A stretch of DNA of 64,000 nucleotides from Eledone cirrhosa (GCA_964016885.1 OZ024744.1:130200001-130264000), one strand, 5' to 3'; positions 36,921 through 49,124 are shown, counted from the first letter of the stretch. Notes: a model not told the origin generated them from the letters alone. Numbers and translations: made by a program.

Positions 36921-39900
36921 GTTGGGTCTAAGTTAAGTTGGGGTTAAGTTAAGTTGGGGTTAAGTTAAGTTAGGGTTAATTTAAGTTGGGGTTATGTTAA
37001 GTTGGGGTTAAGTTAAGTTGGGGTTAAGTTAGGTTGGTGTTAAGTTAAGTTGGGGGTAAGTTAAGTTGGGGGTAAGTTAAGTTGGTGTTAAGTTAAGTTG
37101 GGGTTAAGTTAAGTTGGGGTTAAGTTAAGTTGGGTTTAAGTTAAGTTGGGGTTAAGTTAAGTTGGGGTTAAGATAAGTTGGGGTTAAGTTAAGTTGGGGT
37201 TGAGTTAATTTGGGGTTAACTTAAGTTGGGGTTAACTTAAGTCGGGATTAAGTTAAGTGGGGGTTAAGTTAAGTTGGGGTTAAATTAAGTTCCGGTTAAT
37301 TTAAGTTGGGGTTAAGTTAAGTTGGGGTTAAGTTAGGTTGGGGTTAAGTTAAGTTGGGGGTAAGTTAAGTTGGGGGTAAGTTCAGTTGGGGTTAAGTTAA
37401 GTTGGGGTTGAGTTAAGTTGGGGCTAAGTTAAGTTAGGGTTATGTTAAGTTGGGGTTAATTTAAGTTGGGGTTAAGTTAAGTTGGGGTTCAATTAAGTTG
37501 CGGTTAATTTAAGTTGGGGTTAAGTTAAGTTGGGGTTAAGTTAAGTTGGGGTTAAGTTAAGTTGGGGTTAAGTTAAGTTGGGGTTAAGTTAAGTTGGGGT
37601 TAAGTTAAGTTGGGGTTAAGTTAAGTTGGGGTTACGTTAAGTTGGGGGTAAGTTAAATTGGTGGTAAGTTAAGTTGGGGGTAAGTTAAGATGGGGTTAAG
37701 TTAAGTTGGGGTTAATTTAATTTGGGGTTAAGTTAAGTTGGGGTTAAGTTAAGTTGGGGTTAAGTTAAGTTGGAGTTAAGTTAAGTTGGGGGTAATTAAG
37801 TTGGGGTTAAGTTAAGTTGGGGTTAAGATAAGTTGGGGTTAAGTTAAGTTGGGGTTGAGCTAAGTTGGGGTTGAGTTAATTTGGGGTTAAGTTAAGTTGG
37901 GGTTAAGTTAAGTTGGGTTTAAGTTAAGTTGGGGTTAAGTTAAGTTGGGGTTAAATTAAGTTGGGGTTAAGCTAAGTTGGGGTTAAGTTAAATTGAGGTT
38001 AAGTTAAGTTGGGGTTAATTTAAGTTGGGGTTAAGCTAAGTTGGGGTTAAGTTAAATTGAGGTTAAGTTAAGTTGGGGTTAAGTTAAGTTGGGGTTAATT
38101 TAAGTTGGGGCTAAGTAAAGTTGGGGCTAAGTTAAGTAGGGGTTAAGTTAAGTTAGGGTTGAGTTAAGGTGGGGTTTAGTTAAGTTGGGTTTGAGTTAAG
38201 TTGGGGTTAATTAAGTTGGGGTTAAGTTAAGTTGGGGTTAAGTTAAGTTGGGGTTAAGTTAGGTTGAGATTAAGTTAAGTTGGGGTTAAGTGAAGTTGCG
38301 GTTAAGTTAAGTTGGGGCTAAGTTAAGTTGGGGCTAAGTTAAGTTGGGGCTTAGTTAAGTTGGGGTTAAGTTAAGTTGGGGTTAAGTTAAGGTGGGGTTT
38401 AGTTAAGTTGGGGTCAACTAAAGTTGGGGTTAAGTTAAGTTGGGGTTCACTTAAGTTGGGGTTAAGTTAAGTTGGGGTTAAGTTAAGTTGGGGTTTATTT
38501 AAGTTGGGGTTCAGTTAATTTGGGGTTAAGTTAAGTTTGGGTTTAGTTGGGGTTAAATTAAGTTGGGGTTAAGTTAAGTTGGGGTTAAGTTACGTTGGGG
38601 TTAATTTAAGTTGGGGTTAAGTTAAGTTGCGGGTAATTTAAGTTGGGGTTAAGTTAAGTTGGGGTTAAGTTAAGTTGGGGTTAAGTTAAGTTGGGGGTAA
38701 GTTAAGTTGGGGGTAAGTTAAGTTGGGGGTAAGTTAAGCTGGGGTTAAGTTAAGTTGGGGTTAAGTTAAGTTAGGGTTAAGTTAAGTTAGGGTTAAGTTA
38801 AGTTGGGGTTGAGTTAAGTTGGGGTTAAGTTAAGTTGGGGTTATGTTAAGTTGGGGTTAAGTTAAATTGGGGTTAATTTAACTTTGTGGTTAAGTTAAGT
38901 TGGGGTTAATTTAAGTTGGGGTTAAGTTAAGTTGGAGTTAAGTTAAGTTGGGGTTAAGTTAAGTTGGGGTTAATTTAAGTTGCGGTTAAGTTAAGTTGAG
39001 GTTAAGTTAAGTTGGGGTTAAGTTAAGTTGGGGTTAAGTTAAGTTGGGGCTAAGTTAAGTTGGGGCTAAGTTAAGTTGGGGCTTAGTTAAGTTGGGGTTA
39101 AGTTAAGTTGGGGTTAAGTTAAGGTGGGGTTTAGTTAAGTTGGGGCCAACTAAAGTTGGGGTTAAGTTAAGTTGGGGTTTATTTAAGTTGGGGTTCAGTT
39201 AATTTGGGGTTAAGTTAAGTTTGGGTTAAGTTGGGGTTAAATTAAGTTGGGGTTAAGTTAAGTTGGGGTTAAGTTAAGTTGGGGTTAAGTTAAGTTGGGG
39301 TTAAGTTAAGTTGGGGTTAAGTTAAGTTGGGGGTAAGTTAAGTTGGGGGTAAGTTAAGTTGGTGTTAAGTTAAGTTGGGGTTAAGTTAAGTTGGGGTTAA
39401 GTTAAGTTGGGTTTAAGTTAAGTTGGGGCTGAGTTAAGTTAGGGCTAAGTTAAGTTGGAGTTAAGTAAAGTTAGGGCTAAGTTAAGTTGGGGTTAAGTTA
39501 AGTTGGGGTTAATTTAAGTTGGGGTTACATTAAGATGAGGTTAAGTTAAGTTGGTGTTAAGTTAAGTTGGGGTTAATTTAAGTTAAGTTGGGGTTAAGTT
39601 AAGTTGGGGTTAAGTTAAGTTGGGGTTAATTTCAGTTGGGGTTGAGTTAAGTTGGGGTTAAGTTTAGTTGGGGTTAAGTTAAGTTGGGGTTGAGTTAAGT
39701 TGGGGTTAAGTTAAGTTGGGGCTAAGTTAAGTTCGGGTTAAGTTAAGTTGGTGTTAAGTTAAGTTGGGGTTAAGTTAAGTTGGGGCTAAGTTAAGTTGGG
39801 TCTAAGTTAAGTTGGGGTTAAGTTAAGTTGGGGTTAAGTTAAGTTAGGGTTAATTTAAGTTGGGGTTATGTTAAGTTGGGGTTAAGTTAAGTTGGGGTTA

Positions 39901-42890
39901 AGTTAGGTTGGTGTTAAGTTAAGTTGGGGGTAAGTTAAGTTGGGGGTAAGTTAAGTTGGTGTTAAGTTAAGTTGGGGTTAAGTTAAGTTGGGGTTAAGTT
40001 AAGTTGGGTTTAAGTTAAGTTGGGGTTAAGTTAAGTTGGGGTTAAGATAAGTTGGGGTTAAGTTAAGTTGGGGTTGAGTTAATTTGGGGTTAACTTAAGT
40101 TGGGGTTAACTTAAGTCGGGATTAAGTTAAGTGGGGGTTAAGTTAAGTTGGGGTTAAATTAAGTTCCGGTTAATTTAAGTTGGGGTTAAGTTAAGTTGGG
40201 GTTAAGTTAGGTTGGGGTTAAGTTAAGTTGGGGGTAAGTTAAGTTGGGGGTAAGTTCAGTTGGGGTTAAGTTAAGTTGGGGTTGAGTTAAGTTGGGGCTA
40301 AGTTAAGTTAGGGTTATGTTAAGTTGGGGTTAATTTAAGTTGGGGTTAAGTTAAGTTGGGGTTCAATTAAGTTGCGGTTAATTTAAGTTGGGGTTAAGTT
40401 AAGTTGGGGTTAAGTTAAGTTGGGGTTAAGTTAAGTTGGGGTTAAGTTAAGTTGGGGTTAAGTTAAGTTGGGGTTAAGTTAAGTTGGGGTTAAGTTAAGT
40501 TGGGGTTACGTTAAGTTGGGGGTAAGTTAAATTGGTGGTAAGTTAAGTTGGGGGTAAGTTAAGATGGGGTTAAGTTAAGTTGGGGTTAATTTAATTTGGG
40601 GTTAAGTTAAGTTGGGGTTAAGTTAAGTTGGGGTTAAGTTAAGTTGGAGTTAAGTTAAGTTGGGGGTAAGTTAAGTTGGGGTTAAGTTAAGTTGGGGTTA
40701 AGATAAGTTGGGGTTAAGTTAAGTTGGGGTTGAGCTAAGTTGGGGTTGAGTTAATTTTGGGTTAAGTTAAGTTGGGGTTAAGTTAAGTTGGGTTTAAGTT
40801 AAGTTGGGGTTAAGTTAAGTTGGGGTTAAATTAAGTTGGGGTTAAGCTAAGTTGGGGTTAAGTTAAATTGAGGTTAAGTTAAGTTGGGGTTAATTTAAGT
40901 TGGGGTTAAGCTAAGTTGGGGTTAAGTTAAATTGAGGTTAAGTTAAGTTGGGGTTAAGTTAAGTTGGGGTTAATTTAAGTTGGGGCTAAGTAAAGTTGGG
41001 GCTAAGTTAAGTAGGGGTTAAGTTAAGTTAGGGTTGAGTTAAGGTGGGGTTTAGTTAAGTTGGGTTTGAGTTAAGTTGGGGTTAATTAAGTTGGGGTTAA
41101 GTTAAGTTGGGGTTAAGTTAAGTTGGGGTTAAGTTAGGTTGAGATTAAGTTAAGTTGGGGTTAAGTGAAGTTGCGGTTAAGTTAAGTTGGGGCTAAGTTA
41201 AGTTGGGGCTAAGTTAAGTTGGGGCTTAGTTAAGTTGGGGTTAAGTTAAGTTGGGGTTAAGTTAAGGTGGGGTTTAGTTAAGTTGGGGTCAACTAAAGTT
41301 GGGGTTAAGTTAAGTTGGGGTTCACTTAAGTTGGGGTTAAGTTAAGTTGGGGTTAAGTTAAGTTGGGGTTTATTTAAGTTGGGGTTCAGTTAATTTGGGG
41401 TTAAGTTAAGTTTGGGTTTAGTTGGGGTTAAATTAAGTTGGGGTTAAGTTAAGTTGGGGTTAAGTTACGTTGGGGTTAATTTAAGTTGGGGTTAAGTTAA
41501 GTTGCGGGTAATTTAAGTTGGGGTTAAGTTAAGTTGGGGTTAAGTTAAGTTGGGGTTAAGTTAAGTTGGGGGTAAGTTAAGTTGGGGGTAAGTTAAGTTG
41601 GGGGTAAGTTAAGCTGGGGTTAAGTTAAGTTGGGGTTAAGTTAAGTTAGGGTTAAGTTATATTAGGGTTAAGTTAAGTTGGGGTTGAGTTAAGTTGGGGT
41701 TAAGTTAAGTTGGGGTTATGTTAAGTTGGGGTTAAGTTAAATTGGGGTTAATTTAACTTTGTGGTTAAGTTAAGTTGGGGTTAATTTAAGTTGGGGTTAA
41801 GTTAAGTTGGAGTTAAGTTAAGTTGGGGTTAAGTTAAGTTGGGGTTAATTTAAGTTGCGGTTAAGTTAAGTTGAGGTTAAGTTAAGTTGGGGTTAAGTTA
41901 AGTTGGGGTTAAGTTAAGTTGGGGCTAAGTTAAGTTGGGGCTAAGTTAAGTTGGGGCTTAGTTAAGTTGGGGTTAAGTTAAGTTGGGGTTAAGTTAAGGT
42001 GGGGTTTAGTTAAGTTGGGGCCAACTAAAGTTGGTGTTAAGTTAAGTTGGGGTTTATTTAAGTTGGGGTTCAGTTAATTTGGGGTTAAGTTAAGTTTGGG
42101 TTAAGTTGGGGTTAAATTAAGTTGGGGTTAAGTTAAGTTGGGGTTAAGTTAAGTTGGGGTTAAGTTAAGTTGGGGTTAAGTTAAGTTGGGGTTAAGTTAA
42201 GTTGGGGGTAAGTTAAGTTGGGGGTAAGTTAAGTTGGTGTTAAGTTAAGTTGGGGTTAAGTTAAGTTGGGGTTAAGTTAAGTTGGGTTTAAGTTAAGTTG
42301 GGGCTGAGTTAAGTTAGGGCTAAGTTAAGTTGGAGTTAAGTAAAGTTAGGGCTAAGTTAAGTTGGGGTTAAGTTAAGTTGGGGTTAATTTAAGTTGGGGT
42401 TACATTAAGATGAGGTTAAGTTAAGTTGGTGTTAAGTTAAGTTGGGGTTAATTTAAGTTAAGTTGGGGTTAAGTTAAGTTGGGGTTAAGTTAAGTTGGGG
42501 TTAATTTCAGTTGGGGTTGAGTTAAGTTGGGGTTAAGTTTAGTTGGGGTTAAGTTAAGTTGGGGTTGAGTTAAGTTGGGGTTAATTTAAGTTGGGGCTAA
42601 GTTAAGTTCGGGTTAAGTTAAGTTGGTGTTAAGTTAAGTTGGGGTTAAGTTAAGTTGGGGCTAAGTTAAGTTGGGTCTAAGTTAAGTTGGGGTTAAGTTA
42701 AGTTGGGGTTAAGTTAAGTTAGGGTTAATTTAAGTTGGGGTTATGTTAAGTTGGGGTTAAGTTAAGTTGGGGTTAAGTTAGGTTGGTGTTAAGTTAAGTT
42801 GGGGGTAAGTTAAGTTGGGGGTAAGTTAAGTTGGTGTTAAGTTAAGTTGGGGTTAAGTTAAGTTGGGGTTAAGTTAAGTTGGGTTTAAGT
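35410..42890 (+). repeat. Higher-order repeat, period 2874-2875 bp (about 2.6 copies)
   Basis: ttcactt 35574/38448/41323; ttacatt 36654/39528/42403; ttccgg 37292/40166; aggttgagatt 38261/41136; ggggccaac 39146/42021. Confidence 0.9.
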
Positions 42891-45800
42891 TAAGTTGGGG
42901 CTAAGTTAAGTTAGGGCTAAGTTAAGTTGGGGCTGCGTTAAGTTGGGGTTAAATTAAGTTGGGGTTAAGTTAAGTTGGGGGTAAGATAAGTTGGGGTTAG
43001 TTAAGTTGCGGTTAAGTTAAGTTGGGGTTAAGTTAAGTTGGGGTTAAGTTGATTTGGGGTAAAGTTAAGTTGGGGTTAAGTTAAGTTGGGGTTAATTTAA
43101 GTTGGGGTTAAGTTAAGTTGGGGTTAAGTTAAGTTGGGGTTAAGTTAAGTTGGGGGTAAGTTAAGTTGGGGTTAAGTTAAGTTGGGGTTAAGTTGGGGTT
43201 AAGTTAAGTTAGGGTTAACTTAAGTTGGGGTTAAGTTAAGTGGTGGTTATGTTAAGTGGTGGTTATGTTAACTTGGGGTTAAGTTAAGTTGGGGTTAAGT
43301 TAAATTGGGGTTAAGTTAAGTTGCGGTTAAGTTAAGTTGGGGTTAAGTTAAGTTGGGGTTAAGTTAATTAGGGTTAAGTTAAGTTGGGGTTAAGTTAAGT
43401 TGGGGTTAAGTTAAGTTGCGGTTAAGTTAAGTTGGCGTTAAGTTAAGTTGGGGTTAAGTTAAGTTGGGATTAAGTTAAGTTGGGGTTAAGTTAAGATGGG
43501 GTTAAGTTAAGTTGGGGTTAAGTTAGATTGTTGTTAAGTTAAGTTGGGGTTAAGTTAAGTTGGGGTTAATTTAAGTTGGGGTTAAGTTAAGTCGGGGTTA
43601 AGTTGAGTTGGGGTTAGGTTAAGTTGGGGTTAAGTTAAGTTGGGGTTAAGTTAAGTTGGGGTTAAGATAAGTTGGGGTTAAGTTAAGTTGGGGTTCAATT
43701 AAGTTGCGGTTAATTTAAGTTGGGGTTAAGTTAAGTTGGGGTTAAGTTAAGTTGGGGTTAAGTTAAGTTGGGGTTAACTTAAGTTGGGGTTAAGTTAAGT
43801 TGGGGTTAAGTTAAGTTGGGGTTACGTTAAGTTGGGGGTAAGTTAAGTTGGTGGTAAGTTAAGTTGGGGGTAAGTTAAGATGGGGTTAAGTTAAGTTGGG
43901 GTTAATTTAATTTGGGGTTAAGTTAAGTTGGGGTTAAGTTAAGTTGGGGTTAAGTTAAGTTGGAGTTAAGTTAAGTTGGGGGTAAGTTAAGTTGGGGTTA
44001 AGTTAAGTTGGGGTTAAGATAAGTTGGGGTTAAGTTAAGTTGGGGTTGAGCTAAGTTGGGGTTGAGTTAATTTGGGGTTAAGTTAAGTTGGGGTTAAGTT
44101 AAGTTGGGTTTAAGTTAAGTTGGGGTTAAGTTAAGTTGGGGTTAAATTAAGTTGGGGTTAAGCTAAGTTGGGGTTAAGTTAAATTGAGGTTAAGTTAAGT
44201 TGGGGTTAATTTAAGTTGGGGTTAAGCTAAGTTGGGGTTAAGTTAAATTGAGGTTAAGTTAAGTTGGGGTTAAGTTAAGTTGGGGTTAATTTAAGTTGGG
44301 GCTAAGTAAAGTTGGGGCTAAGTTAAGTAGGGGTTAAGTTAAGTTAGGGTTGAGTTAAGTTGGGGTTAAGTTAACTTTGGGTTAAGTTAAGTTGGGTTTG
44401 AGTTAAGTTGGGGTTAATTAAGTTGGGGTTAAGTTAAGTTGGGGTTAAGTTAAGTTGGGGTTAAGTTAAGTTGGGGTTAAGTTAAGTTGCGGTTAAGTTA
44501 AGTTGAGATTAAGTTAAGTTGGGGTTAAGTGAAGTTGCGGTTAAGTTAAGTTGGGGCTAAGTTAAGTTGGGGCTAAGTTAAGTTGGGGCTTAGTTAAGTT
44601 GGGGTTTAGTTAAGTTGGGGTCAACTAAAGTTGGGGTTAAGTTAAGTTGGGGTTCACTTAAGTTGGGGTTAAGTTAAGTTGGGGTTAAGTTAAGTTGGGG
44701 TTTATTTAAGTTGGGGTTCAGTTAATTTGGGGTTAAGTTAAGTTTGGGTTTAGTTGGGGTTAAATTAAGTTGGGGTTAAGTTAAGTTGGGGTTAAGTTAC
44801 GTTGGGGTTAATTTAAGTTGGGGTTAAGTTAAGTTGCGGGTAATTTAAGTTGGGGTTAAGTTAAGTTGGGGTTAAGTTAAGTTGGGGTTAAGTTAAGTTG
44901 GGGGTAAGTTAAGTTGGGGGTAAGTTAAGTTGGGGGTAAGTTAAGTTGGGGTTAAGTTAAGTTGGGGTTAAGTTAAGTTGGGGTTAAGTTAAGTTAGGGT
45001 TAAGTTAAGTTGGGGTTGAGTTAAGTTGGGGTTAAGTTAAGTTGGGGTTATGTTAAGTTGGGGTTAAGTTAAATTGGGGTTAATTTAACTTTGTGGTTAA
45101 GTTAAGTTGGGGTTAAGTTAAGTTGGAGTTAAGTTAAGTTGGGGTTAAGTTAAGTTGGGGTTAATTTAAGTTGCGGTTAAGTTAAGTTGAGGTTAAGTTA
45201 AGTTGGGGTTAAGTTAAGTTGGGGTTAAGTTAAGTTGGGGCTAAGTTAAGTTGGGGCTAAGTTACGTTGGGGCTTAGTTAAGTTGGGGTTAAGTTAAGTT
45301 GGGGTTAAGTTAAGGTGGGGTTTAGTTAAGTTGGGGTCAACTAAAGTTGGGGTTAAGTTAAGTTGGGGTTTATTTAAGTTGGGGTTCAGTTAATTTGGGG
45401 TTAAGTTAAGTTTGGGTTAAGTTGGGGTTAAATTAAGTTGGGGTTAAGTTAAGTTGGGGTTAAGTTAAGTTGGGGTTAAGTTAAGTTGGGGTTAAGTTAA
45501 GTTGGGGTTAAGTTAAGTTGGGGGTAAGTTAAGTTGGGGGTAAGTTAAGTTGGTGTTAAGTTAAGTTGGGGTTAAGTTAAGTTGGGGTTAAGTTAAGTTG
45601 GGTTTAAGTTAAGTTGGGGCTGAGTTAAGTTAGGGCTAAGTTAAGTTGGAGTTAAGTAAAGTTAGGGCTAAGTAAAGTTGGGGTTAAGTTAAGTTGGGGT
45701 TAATTTAAGTTGGGGTTACATTAAGATGAGGTTAAGTTAAGTTGGTGTTAAGTTAAGTTGGGGTTAATTTAAGTTAAGTTGGGGTTAAGTTAAGTTGGGG

Positions 45801-47641
45801 TTAAGTTAAGTTGGGGTTAATTTCAGTTGGGGTTGAGTTAAGTTGGGGTTAAGTTTAGTTGGGGTTAAGTTAAGTTGGGGTTGAGTTAAGTTGGGGTTAA
45901 TTTAAGTTGGGGCTAAGTTAAGTTCGGGTTAAGTTAAGTTGGTGTTAAGTTAAGTTGGGGTTAAGTTAAGTTGGGGCTAAGTTAAGTTGGGGTTAAGTTA
46001 AGTTGGGGTTAAGTTAAGTTGGGGCTAAGTTAAGTTGGGGCTAAGTTAAGTTGGGGTTAAGTTAAGTTAGGGTTAATTTAAGTTGGGGTTATGTTAAGTT
46101 GGGGTTAAGTTAAGTTGGGGTTAAGTTAGGTTGGTGTTAAGTTAAGTTGGGGGTAAGTTAAGTTGGGGGGTAAGTTAAGTTGGTATTAAGTTAAGTTGGG
46201 GTTAAATTAAGTTGGGGTTAAGTGAAGTTGCGGTTAAGTTAAGTTGGGGCTAAGTTAAGTTGGGGCTAAGTTAAGTTGGGGCTTAATTAAGTTGGGGTTA
46301 AGTTAAGTTGGGGTTAAGTTAAGGTGGGGTTTAGTTAAGTTGGGGTTAAGTTGGGGTTAAGTTAAGTTAGGTTTAAGTTAAGTTTGGGTTAAGTTAAGTT
46401 GGGGTTAAGTTAAGTTGGGGTTAAGTTAAGTTAGGGTTAAGTTAATTTGTGGTTTAGTTAAGTTTGGGTTAAGTTAAGTTGGGGTTAAGTTAAGTTGGGG
46501 TTAAGTTAAGTCGTGGTTAAGTTAAGTTGGGGTTAAGTTAAGTTGGAGTTAAGTTAAGTTGGGGTTAAGTTAAGTTGGGGTTAAGTTAAGTTGGGGTTAA
46601 GTTAAGTTGGGGTTATGTTAAGTTGAGGTTAAGTTAAGTTGGGGTTAAATTAAGTTGGGGTTAAGTTAAGTTGGGGTTAAGTTAAGTTGGGGATAAGTTA
46701 AGTTGGGGATAATTTAAGTTGGGGTTAAGTTAAGTTGGGGTTAAGTTAAGTTGGGGTTAAGTTAAGTTGGGGATAAGTTAAGTTGGGGTTAATTAAGTTG
46801 GGGTTAAGTTAAGTTGGGGTTAAGTTAAGTTGGGGCTAAGTTAAGTTGGGGCTGAGTTAAGTTGGGGTTAAGTTAAGTTGGGGGTTAAGTTAAGTTGGGG
46901 TTAATTTAAGTTGGGGTTTATTTAAGTTGGGGTTAAGTTAAGTTGGGGTTCATTTAAGTTGGGGTTAAGTTAAGTTGGGGTTAAGATGGGGTTAAATTAA
47001 GTTGGGGTTAAGTTAAGTTGGGGTTAAGTTAAGTTGGGGTTAAGTTAAGTTGGGGTTAAGTTAAGTCGGGGTTAAGTTAAGTCGGGGTTAAGTTAAGTTA
47101 GGGTTGAGTTAAGTTGGGGTTAAGTTAAGTTGGGGTTGAGTTAAGTTGGGGTTGAGTTAAATTGGGGTTGAGTTAAGTTGGGGTTGAGTTAAGTTGGTGT
47201 TGAGTTAAGTTGGGGTTAAGTTAAGTTGGGGTTAAGTTAAGTTGCAGTTAAGTTAAGTTGAGGTTAAGTTAAGGTGCGGTTAAGTTAAGTTGGGGTTAAG
47301 TTAAGTTGGGGCTAAGTTAAGTTGGGGCTAAGTTAAGTTGGGGCTAAGTTAAGTTGGGGTTAAGTTACGTTGGGGTTAAGTTAAGTTGGGGTTAAGTTAA
47401 GTTGGGGTTAAGTTAAGTTGGGGTTAATTTAAGTTGGGGTTAAGTTAAGTTGGGGTTAAGTTAAGTTGGGGTTAAGTTAAGTTGGGGTTAAGTTGGGTTT
47501 AAGTTAAGTTGGGGTTAAGTTAAGTTGGGGTCAAGGTAAGTTGGGGTTAAGTTAAGTTGGTTAGTTAAGTTGAGTTTAAGTTAAGTTGGGGTTAATTTAA
47601 GTTGGGGTTAAGTTAAGTTGGGGTTAAGTTAAGTTGGGGTT

Positions 47642-47857
47642 AACCCCAACTTAACTTAACCCCAACTTAACTTAACCCCAACTTCACTCAACCCCAACGT
47701 AACTCAACCCCAATTTAACTTAACCCCAACTTCACTCAACCCCAACTTAACTTAACCCCAACTTCACTCAATCCCAACTTAAGTCAACCCCAACTTAACT
47801 TAACCCCAACTTGACTTAACCCCAACTTAACTTAGCCCCAACTTAACTTAAGCCCAA
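47642..47857 (-). repeat. Inverted satellite island 1 (subtype A, 216 bp)
   Basis: Reads (aaccccaacttaactt)n. Begins at ggggtt|aacccc and ends at aagcccaa|agtcgggg. Contains ctcaatccc and cttaagtcaacccc. Confidence 0.97.
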
Positions 47858-49124
47858 AGTCGGGGTTAAGTTAAGTTGGCGTTAAGTTAGGCTTAACTTA
47901 AGTTGGGGGTAAGTTAAGTTGGGGGTAAGTTAAGTTGGGGTTAAGTTAAGTTGCGGTTAAGTTGGGGTTAAGTTAAGTTAGGGTTAAGTTAAGTTGGCGT
48001 TGAGTTAAGTTGGGGTTAATTAAGTGGTGGTTATGTTAAGTTGGGGTTAATTTAAATTGGGGTGAAGTTAACTTTGTGGTTAAGTTAAGTTGGGGTTAAG
48101 TTAAGTTGGGGTTAAGTTGGGGTTGAGTTAAGTTGGGGTTGAGTGAAGTTGGGGTTAAGTTAAGTTGGGGTAAAGTTAAGTTGGGGTTAAGTTAAGTCGG
48201 GGTTAAGTTAAGTTGTGGTTGAGTTAAGTTGGGGTTAATTTAAGTTGGGGCTAAGTTAATTTGTGGTTAAGTTAAGTTGGGGTTAAGTTAAGTTGGGGTT
48301 AAGTTAAGTTGGGGTTAAGTTAAGTTGCAGTTAAGTTAAGTTGAGGTTAAGTCAAGTTGGGGTTAAGTTAAGTTGGGGTTAAGTTAACTTGGGGTTCAGT
48401 TAAGTTGGGGCTAAGTTAAGTTGGGGTTAAGATGGGGTTAAATTAAGTTGGGGTTAAGTTAAGTTGGGGTTAAGTTAAGTTGGGGTTAAGTTAAGTTGGG
48501 GTTAAGTTAAGTCGGGGTTAAGTTAAGTCGGGGTTAAGTTAAGTTAGGGTTCAGTTAAGTTGGGGTTAAGTTAAGTTGGGGTTGAGTTAAGTTGGGGTTG
48601 AGTTAAATTGGGGTTGAGTTAAGTTGGGGTTGAGTTAAGTTGGTGTTGAGTTAAGTTGGGGTTAAGTTAAGTTGGGGTTAAGTTAAGTTGCAGTTAAGTT
48701 AAGTTGAGGTTAAGTTAAGGTGCGGTTAAGTTAAGTTGGGGTTAAGTTAAGTTGGGGCTAAGTTAAGTTGGGGCTAAGTTAAGTTGGGGCTAAGTTAAGT
48801 TGGGGTTAAGTTACGTTGGGGTTAAGTTAAGTCGGGGCTAAGTTAAGTTGGGGTTAAGTTAAGTTGGGGTTAATTTAAGTTGGGGTTGAGTTAAGTTGGG
48901 GTTAAGTTTAGTTGGGGTTAAGTTAAGTTGGGGTTAAGTTAAGTTGGGTTTAAGTTAAGTTGGGGTTAAGTTAAGTTGGGGTCAAGTTAAGTTGGGGTTA
49001 AGTTAAATTGGTTAGTTAAGTTGAGTTTAAGTTAAGTTGGGGTTAATTTAAGTTGGGGTTAAGTTAAGTTGGGGTTAAGTTAATTTGGGGTTAAGTTAAG
49101 TTGGGGTTAAGTTAAGTTGGGGTT

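Noticed and set aside
47599-47684. Head-to-head telomere fusion site
   Set aside because: Orientation reverts after about 200 bp and the same junction recurs nine times, which fits one small amplified inversion rather than a chromosome fusion.
47599-47684. Promoters, terminators or structured ncRNA genes from the hairpins
   Set aside because: There is no gene context, no U-tract and no evidence of transcription. The hairpins follow trivially from repeat inversion.
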